From the NCBI RefSeq assembly GCF_009914755.1, contig NC_060935.1: DNA of 64,000 nt, one strand, 5' to 3'. Under the pieces are notes generated by a model. That model did not search any database, was not told where the DNA came from, and saw only the letters and a program-made list of their open reading frames with translations. Positions 56,593 through 64,000 of the stretch are shown here, one piece after another; the first letter of the stretch is position 1; the number at the start of each line of letters is the position of its first letter. The translations under genes and the position numbers were made by a program. This DNA is from the human T2T-CHM13v2.0 reference genome, Homo sapiens.

Positions 56593-58212
56593 GATGATAA
56601 ATCAACTGGAGGGTTTAGAATTAATACCAAGACACTGTGTGGTCTTGAAAGCCAAATTAAGAACATGCTTTAAAAAGGAGAGATGTAGAGCCATGTCAAA
56701 TGCCTACTGATAGGTTAGGCAAGATGCAAGCTGAAAAATGAGATAACTATTAGAATTCATTGAACAATTGGAATAGAAGTTTGGGGGCAAAAGTTTAGAA
56801 GCTAGATTTAAGTATAGAGGAAGAAATTTAAAGTGGAAAATAAAAATGAGTAACAGATAAGAGAATGGCAGTCATTTAACATTTAACTATTAACAGGATA
56901 AATAACAAGTATAAACTACATGTATATACATCAGTATAACAATATATGGTGATATTAAGGATTTAGATAAGCTTGCATGAAGCAGAAGAGGGAGTATAAT
57001 AAACTGCTGCAGTCAAAGTTATTGAGTGGACAAATGGCAATAAGATTTAGTACCGAGTAGAAAGACCTTGCATATGAACAAAGCATGCCAGTAATAATGA
57101 GAGGGGAAAAAAGGTAGGTAGATATGTAAATGTGGGGTAGACATTTTTAATGTTTGCATTATTCTCAATGAGATGAGAAGTAATGTTAGAATGAAAATGA
57201 ACCAGAAGGCATTAGGATTTACAGGAAAAATGAGAAGGTATGAAATAATTATCCAGGAGACTGAGCAACTGGCCTGGTAAAAAGATTACATGATTCTGTG
57301 CAGCTCTACAGGCACACTTGATGTTTGATGTCATAAATTTTTCATGATACAATGCATGGAATGTGTGTACATTTCCAGCCCTATTCAATTACACAAGTAC
57401 AAATCAGAATAGGCAAGAGATTAAATTTTAAAAGTTCCAAGTTAAAGACATTAAATGAAAATGGGAAAAAGAAACTTAAGATGAAAGAGATTTCTTTGAT
57501 TGGATGATGAGACTTATCTAGGTTAAGGAGAAAAGAGAAGACATTATGGGATTGAGAGTTAATGAAAATTTGATCATGTACATGGTTTGCTGACGCTGCT
57601 GGTGTTCTAGAGGGCATGACATGGATATATAAGACACATCAGAGAGTGAGATTCTTGAAATTGAGATTATGATGAGGTTGCAGTTGTTGGTAATAACTGG
57701 ATCTAGCGTGTGTGTTGGGAATGATTGTCTCAGTAAAGTCCACATAAATGGGGATGAAGATATCAAGAATTTGAGAAGTCAACCATAGTTCTATGATCTA
57801 CACAAATAGCGAAGTAACCCAAAAATATGACAGGAGTGTTGGGGATAGTAATAAAAAAAATCAGGAACTAATTTTTAAAAGATAAAGGGGTGATGTAGGT
57901 TTTGTAGATGATTTCAACAAGTAAGAGTCATAGAAAATCTCTACAATGGTACAGCTTTTCAAGAATAAGAAAATGAAAGTGATTGGAAGAGTCAACAGTC
58001 AGAAGGGCACCCATTCTATTTTCAGGGTATATGGTAGAGAAAACATTCACTATTTGAGTAGGCTGCAGAAGTAGTATCTTCAAAGAAAGATTAAATTTCT
58101 GTTACAGCAAGAAGGGAACATTTTGAGGAGGTGTTGGGACTCTAGGTGGTTATGCTGATTTGTGCCTGTGAGTTCTACAGGTACAGAAGAATGTTTTAGG
58201 AGAAGGGGATAA

Positions 58213-58691
<479 letters not shown>

Positions 58692-59039
58692 TCATCACTA
58701 CTGCCAGTGTGAAAGCTGGGGAAAGAGCGCTCATATCCCTGGCTTACAGGTGTTTGCCCCAGCCTGCTCCCCTTCTTCTTTTTGTGGCTAAGTCTTAAAT
58801 TTTGTCAGTGTAGGGCTACAGAAGAAGCAGTATGAGTAGCTCATGGGCTTTCTCTTAGCTCTTTTGTTGTGGACTTGTTCTTTTCTGATTTTGTTAAGAA
58901 CTTTTAAACTGGATTATTGTTTGTTGCTACTATTGCTGTTGCTACTATTCCCTAATGTAAAAAATTTTAAAAAGATGCTGCTTCAACTTTGTTTCCAGTT
59001 GTTTCCTTAGCAAGAATCAGCCTGCAATAGTGAAAATTC

Positions 59040-59190
59040 AGCCTGGTGTGGGGCCCATGCTTGTCATCCCAGGACTCAGCTATTTAAGAGACTGAGGTGA
59101 GAGGATCCTCTGAGTCCTGGAGTTTGTGACTAGCCTGGGCAAAATATCAAGACTCCATCTATATAAAAAATAAAACAAACAAAAAAAATA
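59040..59190 (+). mobile_element. Free Alu monomer (FLAM-like)
   Basis: Single arm (gactgaggtgagaggatc...ggagtttgtgactagcctgggcaa) plus A-rich tail. Confidence 0.75.
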
Positions 59191-61904
59191 AACTGAGATC
59201 AAGAAAAGTACAACGTTTGACTGTGGTCACACCATTTATGGGTTGTACATGAGCAGTTTATAAAAGTCCCTTTTTGCTTTTTGATATGTATTTCAACTCT
59301 CTACATTTCAGCTTCCTGGTTTGTAAATGGAGATAATAGTGTCAAATTAATACAGCTATTGTGGGAATTAAATGAGAGATTCTTAGCAAAACATTCTGGT
59401 TAGAAAAAGCACTCAAATATAGACATGATTACTATTAACATGAACATCAAAAAGCACCCTAGTGAAAGAGTAATTGCTTAATCTCAGCTAACAAGTAATA
59501 GGTCATGAGTGTTTGAAAAGTGTGTCTCTGGAAAGCACACACATCTTGGCTATAATATTTTGTTGTCCTTAATCATTGTGTCTATTATTCCCAAAATAAT
59601 ATATAACTCTGCCTTCCATAGGAAACTATCTATAGATGGGTTCCCTAATTGGTTATGTACAATTTAAAATAATTTAAGAATTGCACCTGAATTCACAGTG
59701 TGTTCTAGTAATGACTTTTACAAAAAGATTTAAGATCATAACACTGATCCAGCTTCCCATTGCACTTTACCCATTATCTCTGTAAAAATTGCCTTCCTGA
59801 AGATTTAATTGGCACCCTAAGACATGGCAGATGATAATCAGATTTACTCCATTCAGGCTAACTTAATTTCATGTCTGTATAAACCTCAGAGTGATATAAA
59901 GGGGAAAAAGTTCTACTTAAAATGAAAACATTAATATTGTAAATATTCACTGTAATAGACATGTTGAATATTTTCATGGCATCCATTCTCCTTCTCATTC
60001 TAATAACATTCTATTGCTTTAGGAAGCCATTACTTCTTAGAAGTGTTACAGATATGAGTTGTGTATGATATACCCCATGTCCAGCTTCAGACTGAGCCCT
60101 GATAGATATAAGCAAATAAATACCCACTTTTGCAGAAACTGGGGCTGATGATACAGTACTGAGCCAATAAAACCACGGAATTCCATGTAGGTATTTTTTT
60201 CGTGTTTGTACAAATAGTGCGACCTTAAGGACTTTTGATTGGTGACGCTGACAGAAGTGTTTAGGAGTATAAACAAAGAAACGTTAATGTAGCTGCCACT
60301 GACCACTAAGTTGCGATAATGACCAAAACCAGGCTTCAGAGGCAAATTTCAGATGGAATGGAACTGCGAACCCAATATTACTTAACCTGGAACCCTTAAT
60401 ACCCCTCCACTTCTATATTTTCAGTTACAAAAATCTTTGATTATTTACCATTTTGAGTTCAGTTTTCTGTTACGACTGAAAGCATCCTGAATAATACACT
60501 TCTTTTAACTTGTCTACTCTTTGAAATGTAGGTTATTACTTTAGCTTCATGATGAGATGTTTAATAAAATTATAGTGGCCTTGGATATAATAGAATCCAG
60601 AGGTTTATCCTATATTTTAATGTCACATATATCATTGCTAGCAACTGAAGCATACCATTTTAGTGTCTAGCCAGAAGAACAAAACCCACACCAGGTAACT
60701 AAACAGAAGAAATTTAATACAGAAAATAAATTATGAAACTGTTAGGGTTGTAAGAGCAATCAGGAGGTATGCAATAACTCAGATTAGCAAAGGAAGAAAC
60801 TATTCTCAATCCTAGGGCTGGAGTGGCCAGGAGGAGGAGGCTCTGCAACCATTGTCGAGGAGCCAGGGCTATGTAGAAGAAACTGCAGCCATAGTTTCTT
60901 CTGCAAATCCTATTTGCAGGAGCAAACTGCAAATCCTATTGTAAACTGCAGATCCTATTTGCAGGAGCTCAACAATTAAAGTAGCCTCTGCTAGATATTT
61001 GCTAAAAGTAGGGATTAAGAGAGGGCAAGAAATATTTGCAGTTCTCTCTTCTTCTCACAGTTTAATCTCCTGCCAGTAGCTTCGGTTGGTGAAAACAGTT
61101 GGCATAGTTACCTGTGGGGGTGGGGAAAAGCCAAATAAACCTTTTCAAGAGTTAGCCATCTGCCAGAAAGAGCAAAGCATGAATCTGTAATACACAAGTC
61201 CCAAATTTGAGTGGTTTGACAAACATGAAGTTTATTTATCACTCAGTGAAGGCTAATCATGGATTTCATTCAATTCAGTAGAGGCACGGGGTTGCTGCAT
61301 CTCATAACACCACCTTCTAAGTCTTTATAGTATTATTTGGTTAATTGTCAGAAAGAAGGAAAAAAAATTTGGAAGGTCATTCATGGGAAGTTTTATGTGT
61401 CAGACCTGGGTATTTTGTGTATTACTTTCCCAAGTGGCACTGGAGTGACTGGGACCTGCCTGCACCTACCTTTAATGAATGGGAAACACAGTGTTGTTTG
61501 TTGTTGTGTGCCCATCAGAAAGGTGAGTAGGATCGGTGAGCACCTACTTGTCTCCGGCACAGATATCTCATACTGGGTTTAAGATATCACAGAGCAAACC
61601 TTTCCATTTTGGCAGGCAATAATGATTATGAAGTTCTTTCTATGGAGGCAAAATGTACTCTATAATTTTTGTGAAATGGTGTTAGTCCTGGCGATTTCAA
61701 CTTTTCTTCATAATATGCTTTCAAGTCACCTGAGTGTCCTAGTCGGCATTCTCCATATGATCTGTGTCTTGTCAATATTCATATGCAGAAAACATTCATG
61801 GTATGAAGCTATTAGGTACACATGAGCGAGAATCACGGTTTTGACGCTTAATGTGTGAGCTTGGAAAAGTCACTGTCTTTTAACAAAAATATATTGATCA
61901 TCGG

Positions 61905-62190
61905 AGTGGGGTTTTTAACTCCCAAGCTAGTCTAGACTAAGCTCCAGCAACTTGTCAATTACAGTTCACGTATTCCTATTTCTTCTCTCCTTTTTTCTCT
62001 AACCAAGATGTAATTCCAGCCACAGATTTCTCCTCCTAAGCACCAATTAATTTGTGATTCTCTGTATCTACCTCTGTCTTGTCTTAGGGTCTGTGGCTTA
62101 GCCCTGTGACCTCAATTCTCTGAGCGATAGAAGAAGAAATGTTTCTTGCATGTGACTGACTACTTCCAAGATAGGAAGCCAGAAGTTATT
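61905..62190 (-). mobile_element. Old L1M 5'UTR fragment
   Basis: cagcaacttgtcaattacagttca...gccctgtgacctcaattctctga...tacttccaag. Confidence 0.5.
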
Positions 62191-64000
62191 TGTACTTGTA
62201 AAAGTCAAAGAACCCAAGACACATGCTTCTCTACTAAATAATAATTTTTTTCTGAAATTGTTGTTTAGTCATTACTTATATTTACTTGACATCTCCCCAG
62301 AATTTGGCTATGATTCTGACTTTCAGGTTCGGAGACATATCTCTGAAAGAGAAAGGGGTTCATTTTCCCATTTCAAAATGTTTTACCTGGCTCCATTACT
62401 GCTTGATGCCTAGTACTTCATTAGTCTTTTCATAGTTTTATCACTTAGAAGAATATCTGTAAAATAAGAACAATTGAGAACAGAGTGTACCTTAGCATAA
62501 AATAATCTCTTTGTTTCTGAGATTAAAGGATGCTCTCTCTTTACCAAAATGCAGGATTGCTGTCCTATAGAAGAAGCTTAAGTAGGAGTGATATCATCAA
62601 TGACATCCTCAGGAGCCTGTCAGGTGATGTGAAGTAGTTCAGGATATGAATCTTTATGAAACATAAGAACATGGGTTGTTATTAATGGAATCTTACAATT
62701 CGATGGCCTCCGAGTCATTAGTTCTCACTTTATATTACACATTGGGAAACTGAGATGCAGAAGATTTTAAATAAACTGCTTGAGGTCACAGAGAATGTTG
62801 GTAGCAAAGCCACAATGAAAACCCAGGTCTTGGCATTTCCAGTGAAGTGTTTTGTTTTTCCTGTTTTCTTTTTCTTTTCTTCTTCTACCTACTAAGACCT
62901 GCTTTCTTTGATCTGCTCAGTTCTATTCTTTTCTATTTAGCTGTAGAAAGAAACACCTAATACATAGTGAGCAATCATGTATTAATTAGTGATAATAATG
63001 GCAACCGTGTTGGTGTGATGGAGTTGTATGACAAGCTATTTCTCTGGCTCACCATTTAATTTATTCTGCCATCGGACTTAGAAGAGATTGATTTTATTGC
63101 TTTACATTTTGGAACTTAGTGAGCATTTCTATTATAACCCTAGAGTCACATCACAACATCAGCCTCCATACAGTTACACTTCATAAAGAGGCTAATAGAA
63201 GTTCATCCTGAGAGTGGGCTGGGGCCTAGAGGGCCAGTACTGCTTCTTTCTGAACTGTGTGTGTTTGTGTTTTAAGTTACAGATGTTGAAGAAGAGCTTT
63301 AGAATTGTCCACTTTGAATACCTTGGGACGGAAATCTTGATTTCTGTTTTCAGCCATACCTCTGAATTACAAATGAGCTCTGAACCAGTCACTCTCTTTC
63401 CCTACTCCTTTTGCTGTCTTCATAATGAGGATAAGGAAGAAAACCTGCCCTCCAACTTACCTTACAGAAATACCCTGAGGACTAATGAGATCACATGCAT
63501 AAAACGACTTGGAGCACAAAGTATGACATCAATTATTCCTTCCTATTAATCTCATGAGATGTAATTCACCACTTTATAATGTGGCACTACATTGCAGTTT
63601 CAGGTATTCAGTGACAACTTATAAAAAGCTTTCTCTACTTTGTAGTTCTTCGTTTCTCACATAGGGAATAATAGTGTGGGGAAGATGAAGAGGCTCTCTC
63701 CAAACTCTGCAATAGCTAAGTCTAGAAAACTCATGTATCAACACTGGATGTTAAGAGTTAAAGGGCCCTAGACCAGACTCTTGTGATGCAACTATCCCAG
63801 GTACAACATCTCTGGCAGGTAATTAATTAACCACTGATTGAATATTTCTAGGGATGGAGACTTCACTGCCATCTAACACTGTCATTGTTGGGAAAAACTC
63901 ATAGCTACAAACTTCAGTCTTTGGAACTTGAATTGTGCCAGTAATCTGTGGTAAAGATGTTCTGTGCCCCCACCAGCCCTTCCCCCAATCCTCGTCATCG

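Noticed and set aside
60046-63549. 99-aa (60046-60345) and 111-aa (63214-63549) ORFs as novel small proteins
   Set aside because: Non-ATG starts, no recognisable domain, and the latter overlaps MIR-like sequence; lengths are compatible with chance.

Overview
Primate (probably human) AT-rich, repeat-dense non-coding DNA. No intact host gene is evident, and the recognisable listed ORFs are retroelement fragments. The window holds stacked L1s (1.8-13.7 kb, 28.2-32.6 kb, 43.0-56.3 kb), a two-LTR HERV-L provirus nested in an L1, a MER9 solo LTR, an env-bearing class III ERV remnant, Alus and old MaLR/L2/MIR fragments. The main observation is a 2.6-kb insertion (15173-17765) bounded by an 18-bp target-site duplication. 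It consists of a 5'-inverted L1PA7/8-like element plus about 1.4 kb of 3'-transduced genomic DNA with its own poly(A) signal and tail. That DNA carries a complete 45-nt collagen exon (GPPGKQGKRGRRGESG, COL25A1-like) with intact splice sites, which points to L1-mediated exon shuffling. A mosaic inverted L1 and several template-switch scars are also visible. Subfamily names and the COL25A1 match come from recalled sequences and need database confirmation.
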